Source: Octopus vulgaris (Eukaryota). From it: a DNA stretch of 64,000 bases. The notes beneath the pieces were generated by a model. That model was not told the DNA's origin. It searched no databases and saw only the letters and a list, made by a program, of their open reading frames with translations. The stretch lies in assembly GCA_951406725.2 (NCBI GenBank), contig OX597815.1, positions 52,452,001 through 52,516,000 on the forward strand, written 5' to 3'. Made by a program: the position numbers and the translations under genes. Shown in pieces: positions 52,319 through 64,000 of the stretch (position 1 is the stretch's first letter; each line of letters begins with the position of its first letter).

Positions 52319-53466
52319 GCTTACACATAAACATACATTATGAATAAAAACAATATTAAGTAAAAAAAAGGACACAGAGTGAAATTGCGGAGTACGATAT
52401 TAGTTGGATGTTCATTCTTTGCACCGTTACATTCTCTGCACTCGTTTTATCCTAACATGGTTCTTCAAGTTATGATTCATAATCCACCTTTTTGTTTCTT
52501 CGTCAAATACAAAAATAGATAAATCTGTTCTTCGCTCTGTTTGAATTATTATGGTAAGCATTCTCACTGCCTCTTATGTTTGTGTTATTAATCCAGCAAC
52601 ACATCTATGGGTTTTGAACAATAATATATTCTATATCAAGCTGCTACATAGCAAATTAAGCGCTAACTTATAAGCAATCAAATGCCCTTTGTAGCGCTTG
52701 AACCCCGGAAAACCTACTTACCTTGAAATATCACATTAAAATATTCAACCGGCATCAAGATTTAATCTCTTCATGCTCCCATATGCGCATATATCTACTT
52801 CAAAAATTTATCATCGTACTATTCAGGGGAAAAACGTAATCCCAATTGAACCTACATTTCCTCTTCTTTTTCATTTTCTGTTTATTCTTTCTTCAAATCG
52901 TATTTTGCGCCAAATTAGTGATAGAGATAGGGTAATCTAATTTCTTTAATAGATTTATAAGTAGGTACACAGAAATTTTAACGAAAATTCCAACCGAGGA
53001 AAATGAAATCCTCCATCAAGTACACACCCGCTTTTCATTTCTATTCTTTTTTCTCTTCAAATGGTATAGTAATAAAGTTAGATTGTCTTTTTTCATTGAA
53101 TAAATGCTCTTAACAGTGTCTAGCTCGCAACTACAGTAGACATATAAATATCCATTTATACATTTATACGTTACCTAAATACCATATTAGCACGCACACA
53201 CAAACACACACATATACGCACGCACAAACGCGTGCATACATACGTGGATATTAAACCAATTAAATTAATGCGCTAACGTACAGAAGTATGCGGCATGAAA
53301 TATACAGTTTAAAATATTAGAGAGACATACAAACATATACACAAAGGCGCTTAAACATGTACACAAAAACAATAGAACACACAAAGTAATAACACAAATG
53401 TAGAAGCAAGTGGAGAAAATATACCAGACAATTTGAGCACAATAAAATTAGATTTGCTCTCATTTA

Positions 53467-54657
53467 TTAGGCTGGAAAGAAAGTCCTGTCACATTTTTTT
53501 CACGATCACTCTGAGCGTACTTTTTAATACTTACGGTGCAATAAACATTAATTTTTGCATTCTACTTTTTCTTTCTTTGAAGATTATTATATACTATAGA
53601 GACTGAATTCGAATCAATTCTATCCTTTTAAAACAAGTTTGGATCAGACGCATATACTCTATATGCTATATGAATTCAAAAGGGTCACTTTTTCAATATT
53701 CGTTCTGTCTGTGCAAATTTAGTTTTAAATTTCCAGATATAGTAATGATAGCTTGGCCTGCTTCACTCGCGAAATTTTTCCCTCAAATTATATTCAATCT
53801 GGTTGGACGATCAAGTCCTGTTAATGTTGAGCCCTTGATGACCGTCGTTGAGGATATTCCGAAGCATACTGCACGAGAATTAGCAAAACAGTTCAATTCG
53901 TGTCATACTTCGCTCACAAAACAGCATCATGAATCAGGAAAAATATCTAAACATGATCAGTGGGACCGTTTCTTACTTAAATCAAAGTTTTGCCGTATGT
54001 TCGTCATGTAGACTTGGTCCCAAACCTTTTCTGGGTAGAATCACCATGAGTGCTGAAAAGTGAGTTCTCTATAGCCGTATGCAAGGAAACGACAATGGTT
54101 AGCACCCAAAAGAAGGAGCCAACCCTAAAGCAGGAAAAATGTTATGTTTGCGCTTGGTGGGATAGGAAGAGTTTTGTCTATCATGGAGTGGTACATCAAC
54201 ACGAAGCAGTTTATGCACAGAAGCATTGCACAAACATTTTCAGAAAACCGCCCTTCATTGGTCAGTCGTAAAGGGGCGTTGCTCTTACTCGATAATGCAA
54301 GATCACATATCTCAGTCATGCAGGAAAAGATTATGACATCAAATATGAATGTTTTGCTTCTCTTTCTTTACTCTCTTAATCTTATTCTATCTGATTATCA
54401 TCTTTTTAGATCATTGAAATATTATTTAGAAAGAAAACAGCTTTTTTAATTGTGTAGAGGTTAAAATGATGTTTAGTTTACATTTGTACTTTATCCTGAA
54501 AGATTTTACTAACGAGGAATCAGCAGTTTACCAGATAGTTGTGGTTTTCCTCTTAAAAATGAGGAGAAATATTATCTCGACCAAATTTATAAATTAGGGC
54601 CGAAGAAGCATCTGTTTCTTTCTCTTGAAAGACTACAAAACTTTCTTTCCAGCATTA
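53467..54657 (+). mobile_element. Decayed mariner transposon (~1.2 kb)
   Basis: TIR gctggaaagaaagt / actttctttccagc. Remnants TARELAKQF, CAWWD, LLLDNARSH, LSDYHLFRSL. Confidence 0.9.
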
Positions 54658-55164
54658 CAAAATAAAAGAATGTACTACAAAATGGTAGATTATGAAACTT
54701 TACTTGTGACGAAACTAGTAGAAACTACATCAAGCTAAAAAATGTGTACACACACACGCACAGGAAAACACACATACGCACACGCAAGCACACACACACA
54801 CACGCAAAAAGACACACGCACACGCAAGCACACACACGCGCGCACACACAGAGACATATGTACACACACGCACACGCGCACACACACGCGCGCACACACG
54901 CATTATTAATATAACTGTTACATACGTTTATAGGTTTAGCTAAGTGCAGGCCGTTTCTCAGAATTTCATGTACGAATCCGTGATTTTTCTCAGAGGAAGC
55001 TGGTTGGTTGAGCGGATACCTCTCTCGGTCAGAACCTATCAGCATAGTTTGACATATTGTTGACTTCCTGGCTATCTTGCACATGGTATAAATGTTTTTT
55101 TCCCCAAATATTTAAGTTTAGTCTGGTTCAATAGCTCTGTTGAAATTTTTAAAAAAATGAATTT

Positions 55165-55302
55165 TTTATTTTATTTTATTTTATTTAGTTTCAGCTCACA
55201 AGCTGTGGCCATGCTGGGGCACCGCCATTTGCTGGGGCACCGCCATTTGCTGGGGCACCGCCATTTGCTGGGGCACCGCCATTTGCTGGGGCACCGCCAT
55301 TT
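55165..55302 (-). repeat. SINE-B-like 3' tail with five perfect tandem 18-mers
   Basis: gctggggcaccgccattt starts at 55213, 55231, 55249, 55267 and 55285. A single-unit version lies at ~24275-24320. Confidence 0.92.
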
Positions 55303-55309
55303 TTTCTTG

Positions 55310-55620
55310 ACGATACGTAGAAATTAGTTCTGATTTTGTGTTTAACGTGTCTCCTGTTTAGTAAGATGAAGTATTTTTCTTCATAGAATTCAAAGAAATT
55401 TAAAGGAGTGTTATTTGTGGCTAAATGTAGTATAGACCAGATGGTATTAAATGTATTAATGCTGTACTCTTTCAATTCCTACATACGATTTGATAATGCT
55501 TTGCTGTCTTATATCTGTTTGACTATAATGGGACTTACAGTTTCAGTATCGTCTCTTGTATCGGCTATTACATATTTCGATATCATCTGGAGGATTTTTA
55601 TGGAACTGACAATGTACCTT
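55310..55620 (-). pseudogene. Old PLE GIY-YIG fragment
   Basis: YIVSS..SKALSNRM*ELKEYSINTFNTIWSIL..EEKYFIL parallels the other GIY-YIG copies. Confidence 0.6.
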
Positions 55621-55690
55621 AGGGTCAACTTTGCATAAATTATCCTAGAGGTATCATTTTATTTTTATAATTACAGTTGCCTATCTATTA

Positions 55691-55926
55691 CAGTAATCCC
55701 TCGACTATCGCGGGCATTACGTTCCAAAACCCCCGCAATAGGCGAAAATCCGCGAAATAGAAACAGTACTGTACTGTGTATCTTTTAAAATTATTTTTAT
55801 AATTTGTATATATCTATTTTATTATAAATGCAAAACAATACCACGGAGGAATCGACGTAAGCTTAAATAATGAACCGCGATAGGTGAACCGCGATAAGTG
55901 AACCGCAATATGGTGAGGGATTACTG
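55691..55926. mobile_element. Tigger/pogo-like MITE
   Basis: TA-cagtaatccctc..gagggattactg-TA, with subterminal gaaccgcgata repeats. Confidence 0.9.
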
Positions 55927-56189
55927 TATTGACAAGAGTTTGAAGGGAATTTTTGGATAATTGTGTGTGTAAGTGATTTCTATGATTTAGAGCCTTTTAG
56001 GTAGTATGGAGATCTGTTATTTGCTTCGATATTAATCATGCAACTGTATCTAAATTTTACATTTTGCTGATTAAATATTCTGAAATATTTTTGCCCTGCG
56101 AGAAAATACTTCCGGATGATTTCTGGAAATTCTTAACAACATGGGAATTCACACTGAAGTTAAATGGAGAGCTGAACTAAATTACATAC

Positions 56190-56348
56190 ACACATTTCCA
56201 TTTCGAAGGTGTCCTTGCCAAGCTGGCCTGGAGTAGAGAGGGCCTGTCACTAAAGAAGTCGGGGAAGGTCGGAAGAACTTTGACAAACAGAACTGATTGA
56301 TTGACCGAAAGATTATTCAAACATTCCTTTAGGTATTTGTTTAAATAT
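56190..56348 (-). CDS. Candidate isolated 159-bp coding exon of an unknown host gene
   Basis: tag|A acceptor, open frame YLNKYLKECLNNLSVNQSVLFVKVLPTFPDFFSDRPSLLQASLARTPSKWKC, donor gtatgt. GC content is higher than the flanks. No recognised homology and a weak pyrimidine tract. Confidence 0.2.
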
Positions 56349-56912
56349 CTAACCAATTGACAATTAATAATAAAGAAATGGTGTTAAATCAGTGCATGTG
56401 CATAACTGGCGTAATGATCCTCCTAAAATACGACAAAATGAATAGTAGCATTTCTATTTGTTGCACAAACGCAGATAGGAATAAGTTGGTTTGATCTAAT
56501 TTGCACGACAGTGTAAATGTCGTTGACGCAAATTATTTAATTAATAGAAGTATTACACAACATAAATATAAAGTTGAGCGCACCTTTTCTTTAGTAAATA
56601 TACTAGCAAGTTTGTTTGCTAAGTTGTACAAACAATTTATTGGATTGATTTACTTCTGGCTGATCTGAAAATGGCAAATGAAGAGACGTATAGTTCTATG
56701 CTTGTGGTTTGTCAAATTTGACCTTCTGAGTATCGATATCACCTTTCGGTAAGTAAATTAACATCCCAGTGCCACAACATGTATTGTGTAGTCACTACAT
56801 TTTGTGCATTTGATAGTCTAATGCAAAGAAATACATAAATAGCTTGACAGATGATGTAATATAAGTGATGCCGCTCAGAACGGACGTTAAAAGAATAATA
56901 CAAATATTTACT

Positions 56913-56984
56913 TAGTCAGTGACACAATAGATGCATGCTGGGCCTATAACTCAAGGGTCTGTTGTCCGAAACTATCTTCTGTGA
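56913..56984 (+). pseudogene. Initiator tRNA-Met pseudogene (anticodon CAT>TAT)
   Basis: agtgacacaatagatgcatgctgggcctataactcaagggtctgttgtccgaaactatcttctg aligns without gaps to eukaryotic tRNAi-Met AGTGGCGCAGCGGAAGCGTGCTGGGCCCATAACCCAGAGGTCGATGGATCGAAACCATCCTCTG. The acceptor stem is broken. Confidence 0.8.
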
Positions 56985-57413
56985 AGTAATGGATATGTTT
57001 GTTATTTATACATCATACACAACTGAGTTGTCTTAAATGTACGTATATTTGTAGGCAACTGAGTTTTCTTCAAACATATATAACAACCAAATACATATAT
57101 ACAAATATAACAACCATATACGAATGTATTGTATTGTATGTATGTATGTATGTATGCATGCATACATGCATGAATGCATGCATACATACATACATACATA
57201 CATGCATTCATACTTCGTGTTACACTTAGAAGTGGTGCACAGTATCAGAATTTTCGACTCTAGTCAAATATAGCAAACCACTTCAAATGCCTTAACTGAA
57301 AGTTTACGCAATGAGTGCATTCCTTAGTATATATTATGCAAACCCGAAACGTACGTATTAAATGATTCAAAATATAACACTATTTAGTTTGACTTCATTA
57401 TTACAACTGTATA

Positions 57414-57790
57414 AGAACACCTACACTGTTAGAAATAAGTGGTAAAGGGCTCTGTTGCTGCTGTCAACAAATATAATTGTATACAAGCATGCCGGAAGCG
57501 ACCGTAGATGGCCGGAAACTGGCGACTGTGATATCCCTTTACCGTAAGGTTTCAGCTTTAGGTTGAAGCATCTTCAGGAGGTTCGACAGAGATCGCCAGC
57601 TGCCGCACAGCCATAATTTATGGATGATTTAACGAATCGCTAATGTGTATACAAATAATTAAATGAGGCAGCTAGTTAGCAGGATTTCACCAAAAAGGAA
57701 AATAACGAATGTCATTAAATATGACTGAGGGCGTTAGAACAACTACACTGCTAGAAATAAGAGCTAAAGGGCTCTGTTGCTGCTGTCAAC
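57414..57790 (-). mobile_element. Retrozyme-like unit: 322-bp period, 55-bp terminal direct repeat, internal hammerhead
   Basis: Direct repeats at 57414-57468 and 57736-57790 (4 mismatches). Hammerhead core at 57535-57581. No recognisable coding domain. Confidence 0.65.
57513..57605 (-). ncRNA. Type I hammerhead ribozyme with extended stem I
   Basis: Minus strand: cggcagctggcga..ctgt..cctc-CTGAAGA-t-GCTT-caaccta-AAGC-t-GAAA-CC-ttac-GG-TA-aagg..acag-tcgccagtttccg. Confidence 0.72.
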
Positions 57791-58609
57791 GCACCAACTT
57801 CACAAACTGTTATTCAGAGTTTCACGTTAATGTTCGGCAGACAGTTGCGAAAATACATATAAAGAAATACGTTCAAACTATATTATGCAATAGAAATCTA
57901 AAGCGGGTCAAGGGGGTCACCAATTGACCGTGGTACAGCAAAAGCCAAGTAGCATTGTGGGCAGGGATGACAACAACAAACAACAACTAGAATTTTCGCT
58001 CAGTATATAGGGCTTTTAGCATCGCTGTGAAAAGTAGATTCGAAGTTAAAACACATTTTCCTCTCTATGACCATAAAGCAAAACAGACATGTCTATTTAA
58101 TCAAAACTAATTTGCTCATAAATTTACCTTATACATCTATTTATCATAACGCCATGAAGCATTTCTATTAATAAATTAATTCACGCTGCCAACACTTGCG
58201 TTGTTATGCAAATTAGAACAAGTAAATTCTATCCTAGTTTGAGTTCACTATAAATATCTATTAGCCGATATTCTCTCTGTAGTCAGAGACAATATGCATG
58301 TGCATTAATTAATAAAAACACTGTACGGCGTTAGGCTAAATAGGGGTGGAATGTAACATTGCGTTCATGGTAATGCTCCAACAATTTCAACTAAACAATC
58401 ATACACGTAAATATATGTGTGTATGTATGTATGCATGTATGTATGTATGCATGTATGTATGTATGCATGTATGTTTGTGCGTTTTTACTCTTTATCAATG
58501 TGTGTATCTGTCAGTATGTGTATATGCAAGTATGCATGTAAACGTTTGCGTATATCTTTCCCCTTCTTTTCAAATATATTCAGTCTGTGTATGACAAGTC
58601 TCTATTGTT

Positions 58610-60050
58610 AGATATATTAGCTGACAATTGATTACTAAACTCCAATGAACCTCATTTGAAAAGTTTTGCATATTTCCATCATTCTACGCTGCGGGAAGGA
58701 TTTTGTAAGATGTGGGTCATCAGTTTTCGTTTATTTCTTGAGGATACTAATTCTTCATGGTTATCACAACAACAAATTGTTATATAATAACTAATTGCAT
58801 TATTAAGTATTAACCACTGATTTTCATATTTATTCAATCCATCTCAATGACTAATTTTCACAAACGTTTAGATATTTTGATTTTCCTTCCAGATATTCTT
58901 ACTGTTACGGCGAAGCTACACTTTCTCTGAAATGTTCAGTAAAGGTTAAAGCCCAATTTGTTGGCCTTTCAGACCAAAAACAATGATGAATATAATATCA
59001 AGCATCGACTAATAGTATTTTCTTTTAACGTTTATTTATCTTAAATTGGCCTTTTAATATTGCAGGCATTTAATATATTTTGCCGCCTTAGATGTAACCC
59101 ATTGCTTGATTAGTGTTCTTGCAGAGTCCTTGACCTGCGATATATTTAAATTGAAGCCATTTTTCTTCAGCTGTTGCTTTTTGATGATTTTCTCTATTGA
59201 GCAGAGCTTGGAATATTCAGTGCTCTCTAGACAGAATAGTTTCTCTCATGGCTGTTTCCTGGCGATAAATATGTGGACTATACACAATTCAATATTCTTA
59301 ATCTTTACTTCATTAACTAAATACTAAGAACCAATATTCAGAAATAGTTGACTCTCTTATTTGTCCTAGATCAGTCTTGACTGAGCAGCACTGGTGGTCC
59401 TCAATATTCGTACAGTCTATTTCCATAATTTTCGAAGTTTCGAAAGTTCGTTCGATACGAAATTTGAACTTATGAATTTCGAGGACTAGCTGTGATGGAT
59501 CTCCGTCGTTCAACATTGAAAATCCAGTCTTTCGATCAATTGAATTATCTGCTCTTGAATTAACGTGTAAGTAGCTGAGCATTCAATAGTTACGTGTACT
59601 CTTAACATAATTTTCAGGCAGAATCAGTGAGACACAGTATGTGTGATAAGGTTGTATTCTTTTTAAATTACATTCGACCATACTGCAACTACGGATTGTC
59701 TATGCACACACAGAACAAGTAGACAAAAACTGGAGTTATGAACCTTAAGGACTGCCTGTAATATATGATCACAAACATTTCACCCAAGATCACCTGTTTT
59801 TTTCTCGGGTATGGAATATCAAATACTACGCTATGCAATATGTCCTTTTGTTTGAGAAGGCGTTTTGATTTGAGAACATATGCGATATATGAAAGTATCG
59901 GTGTGCCATCAGTACACGAGTGAATTTCGAAATAATGGCTGGTCTGTAAAAACTACATTTCGCCACGCAGGATTTCACTTTTTCTTTCTTGGCAGACACT
60001 GATAACAACAACACCAACAGCGACACCAATAGTACGACCAAATCTTCAAA
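58610..60050 (-). pseudogene. Heavily decayed APE-type LINE (RTE-like endonuclease/linker)
   Basis: Ordered remnants KQVILGE, MLSYLHV, SQLVLEIHKFKFR, AEEKWLQFK, FTEHFRE, NDG..AKLFK*G. Confidence 0.45.
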
Positions 60051-60159
60051 TCTGTGCGTTATCTAAGATGGCGTAAGTATTCTTCGTATTTCAATTTGTC
60101 TTTACATTTAATTCAGTATTTACTCCGGCGTTATCGATAAATCTATGAAAATACTTCTA

Positions 60160-60260
60160 TCGGCTATATGAAGCCGTTAAAGAATTATTGGGACAAAGTT
60201 CATCCAAACTTGAACCAATTCACTGATAAACAACTTCGACAACAGACATCTTTCATTGCT
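60160..60260 (+). pseudogene. Retrotransposon N-terminal (R4/Dong-like Myb-type) fragment
   Basis: GYMKPLKNYWDKVHPNLNQFTDKQLRQQTSFI. Confidence 0.5.
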
Positions 60261-61829
60261 GTAAAAATAACTGTTACATGTAGCTATTCTTATTCTAACT
60301 TTTATGATGTTAAAATATTAAGTGGTAGAAGTTTCTCAGGGGTAATTTCAACACGAATAACATATGTTTAAGTATGTCTTATTAATATGTTATCGATACT
60401 ATGAAGACGCCAAAAACAATCATAAGCTTCATTAGAAAACAGAAGAGAAGAAGAGAGAGAGCGCGAGAAAGAGAAAGAGAGAGAGAGAGAGAGCGAGAGA
60501 AAGGGAGAAAGAGAGAGAGATCCTTCAACATCCATATTTACCGTATGGAACTGATGTCAGACATACGAACATAGTGTATATACAATTTGAAAATTATATA
60601 AAAACTCTATGTAAATGTAACCATGTTATATATTGTTTCATTGTTTCGAATGCTATTAATTTTTAATACGAGATGGTTTGGTAGTTTTACATATTCTCGC
60701 CAAAAACTATTATGTTTAGCTATATTTTAGAAAAATCTTTAAATTGTAGGTTGAGACCGAATTTTCTGATTTTTCTAAGATATAATTAAACAACAAATAA
60801 TTTTTTGATGAGAGAATGGAAAACCACTAACCAGTCTATGTTAAAAGTTATTGATAATAGAGACAATGTGATAACACATATTAGACAATCAATATGTTAA
60901 AAGTTATTGACGAGAGAAACAATATGTGATAATACAGACAATCAATACATGTACTACGCAGTGTTGCTATCACTCACAAAGAACACCTAGGAGATACGTG
61001 CAGTGCACAGAGTAATTAAATCTTTCAACGATGGATAACAAGAATTGAAGAAAACATCAATCAGCTATGCTATAGAACTGGATATTTATGTTTCTTCATA
61101 AGGGGTAAGCTAAATAATAAGTTCAAAGCAGAACTACAACTAATGTAACTATGTATCAGCTAACTAAACTATACAGCAATTCTACTTATAAATTAATAAT
61201 GCTTTAGCAGTGTTACTATGTTTATTCTGTAATATACATAGCAGTTTCTATACTCTAAACTCTCGAGGAGAAATTAATAACTTCAAAACACTAATTCAAG
61301 ACTTTGAGTGAAAAACTGTCATCGTGAAAACTACATGAACTACTTATTTCACATTGATATAATCGGACTAGGGTTCTAATCTTGGTACTGTAGCCACAAC
61401 GTTTTGTCCTAGCCTTTTTCAGGTGCCTGCCATATTTGGTAATGTTCTTGCATTTTGGAACCGACCTTTCAACTAAATCAGTTGGGGTAGTTTGTTCTCA
61501 TTCGTTGTTATTTCTATGAGCACAACAATGTTCACTATATGGAAGCCTTGAATTTTAAAATTTCCAATCTCTACTACCTAATTGTCCTACGGGAGATAAG
61601 ATATAAACGTTGATTAGGTTTTAAAATTACAATAGATTAGTTAACTAGTAGGCGTAAACTCAATCCCCAAATCAGTGAAAATTTAAATACAATGGTTGAA
61701 GAGTAACAAAACTAAGTACACCGCAAGTAATAGAATATGCTTGCTTCTAATCCTCAATGATGGACAGAGAAAAGAAATATCTTCATATGTAGAGCCTTTC
61801 ACGGAAATATCTTAAGGCATTTTAGTCTA

Positions 61830-62300
61830 AAATCAGAAAAGAAAAGGCTCTCAGTCAAGACGAATAATGATTGATACAGATGAAAAGAAGCACTGTATCA
61901 CTATCGGCAGTAAAATTTACACAACCGATTTTGAAAGTTTCACCTGAACTGTAAGAAAGCTAATAGTTGGATGCTAGTACAAGAATGCTGACGTTTATCC
62001 GAAAGTCACTAAAATGCATATTTAAAAAAAATCTATGGAAATTGGCTTGATATAACACTAAGAGATCTTGTAATCTAGAATAAAAGACACTAACATAGCA
62101 AGAACTTATTGCTTAATATATATTACACATAAATTCCACGACCAATGGAAATTCAACAAATGATGAGCAAACAGGTAGAAAGAAGGACGCGTGGGAATAC
62201 ACCAAATAAGTTTTGATAAAGCTATGCTGTTTGAAATAAAATATGTCGCAGAAAACTTGTGTTCGGATGGTTTAACTATAAACAGTCATTTGGTGCTATT
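61830..62300 (+). pseudogene. Possible decayed LINE RT C-terminal relic
   Basis: KTRIMI..CITIG..ESFT, LKKIYG, AWEYT..LFEIK/CRRKL..GW. Weak. Confidence 0.3.
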
Positions 62301-64000
62301 CTCCATTCATGATTGTTGGAGTTATTTCACTTGGTTAAAGCACCTGTTTCCATTGAAAGTCTTAGAAAGACCGAATGACCAATCTTCACATTTGTAAATG
62401 ATGCAGAACAATTATATCCGAAATTACAAATACTCCGAAATGAATGTTCAATGACAGACTCTTTGTCTCTACTTTCGCTTATTTTGACAATCAATCCACG
62501 GTTAATTTTATTAAAACTCACGAGTTACATGCTGAAGTCTACAACAGCAAGAAACACTAATGAAATCCAAAATTTCTCAGTGGATGCCAAGGCTGAGTAA
62601 GTGCTGAATTAATAACCTTTTCAGTTGATATAAGGAAAGGTTTGGCCCACAGAACTGTTCGGTAACTGAACTTGGGGTGAAAAAACTGTTTCCCAAATCA
62701 CACACCTTTACATTTAGCCTCTCTATTTCCTGCGTTTCACACAACGATGTAAACAGAGGGGCGAAAATACATAAGACTAAACTTAAAGAAATATATTAAA
62801 CAGTGCTTTATCACAGAATAATGGCTTTACAATGGCAGTATTGATACCAACATTTTGGATAATTGACTGATCCAGGAAAAATATTTCCTTTGTAAGATTC
62901 TGCCGTCAACGGAAGCTTCCACTAAAATAGTGATATTGACAGGTTCTGTCACAGAAGAAAAGATGAGGGAAGTAACATAAGATCACTGCAGGCAGTTTTT
63001 AAATGTCGTATGGCATCACTGACGAGCATATGCTATAGTAATATGGGAAGATCGTTAGACAGTTAACTTTCCGGATAGGAGAGATAGATAGAGATAGAGA
63101 AAGAGAGGGGGAAGATGAGTAGGAGGAGGAGAACATAAGCGAATAAGTCATAGTTAAATATAGATAGATTGAAAAATAGACTGACATTCAGAAAGATAAA
63201 TAGATAGGTAAGTAACTAGTTATGCACATAGCTGGAGAGATAAATATGGAGGGAAATAGATAGATGAATATATGGATCGATATAAGTATAAGCAGGTAGG
63301 TTATAAGCAGATAAAGTTATAGATAGAGGAATTAAGAGCAGCAGGTAAAACAATGGATTTTACCTAAGACTGCCGTAAGAGTAATGTTATGGTGAAACTA
63401 GTAGTTGTAATGTAATCCGGATATCCAGCTACTAATAACAAAACTGATAGGTCGATAGATAGATATACACATAGATATATGTAGTCCCCTCTCTCTCTCA
63501 CGCACACAAAAAGAGAGGGGGCAGAAAGATTAAAATTCAGAAAAATCTCTTATGAAGCGTGGTATAATCAGCCAGCAACTTCTAAGCAGTAATTCCAGCT
63601 GTAAAAGAATAGTACAATCAGAAACCAGCGGTAGCAAACAGTAAGAATGACAGTAATATTTTGTGGTGTTCACCTGCAATACCGTAAATAAGCTGATTCT
63701 GAAGAAGAAGAATGGAGAAGCCGATGAAGAATGAGAAGGAGGAGAGAAAAAGAATAAAGAAAGAAAAGAAAGGAAAAGAAAAGGAAGAAGATGCAATATT
63801 GACTATACTAACAGCAGAAGAACGTATTACAAACTTCAAGTAATCAATAATTGGATAATGGGGAACAAAAAAAAGCAATAATAAGCAAAAAAAAAAAAAG
63901 AAGCAAATTACGTTTGGAGGCTGGATTTAAACATACTGATTCAAATAACATTGGCGACAACTATGATGATGACGACGACAACGACGACGGCAACGAGGCT

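Noticed and set aside
55213-55302. CRISPR-like array
   Set aside because: The repeats are contiguous with no spacers, there are no cas genes, and the context is eukaryotic.
60838-60947. ~55-bp imperfect tandem duplication
   Set aside because: An ordinary local duplication with no further structure.

Overview
AT-rich animal genomic DNA packed with microsatellites and transposon relics. The SINE families and repeat landscape resemble an octopus or other cephalopod genome (inference from recalled repeats, not a search). No intact host gene is supportable. Almost all listed ORFs are microsatellite read-throughs. The window contains: (1) Penelope-like retroelement (PLE) relics, namely five GIY-YIG fragments and one near-complete decayed RT+GIY-YIG copy; (2) a cluster of R4/Dong-like RLE non-LTR retrotransposon fragments and a related non-coding repeat, mostly beside (AAT)n arrays; (3) RTE-like LINE and Gypsy relics; (4) mariner, Tigger-like, Helitron, Helentron-like and GGATC-terminated 8-bp-TSD DNA elements; (5) many tRNA-derived SINEs and a tRNA-iMet pseudogene. 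The main hidden signal is RNA structure. I found seven hammerhead-ribozyme-like motifs of four architectures. Six lie in PLE-associated or pLTR-like repeats. The seventh is a type I hammerhead with an extended stem I inside a 322-bp unit bounded by 55-bp direct repeats (57414-57790), which resembles a non-LTR retrozyme. A structured GC island carrying a 28S rRNA piece from just upstream of the R2 insertion site is also unexplained. All calls were made by eye. Boundaries of decayed repeats are approximate.
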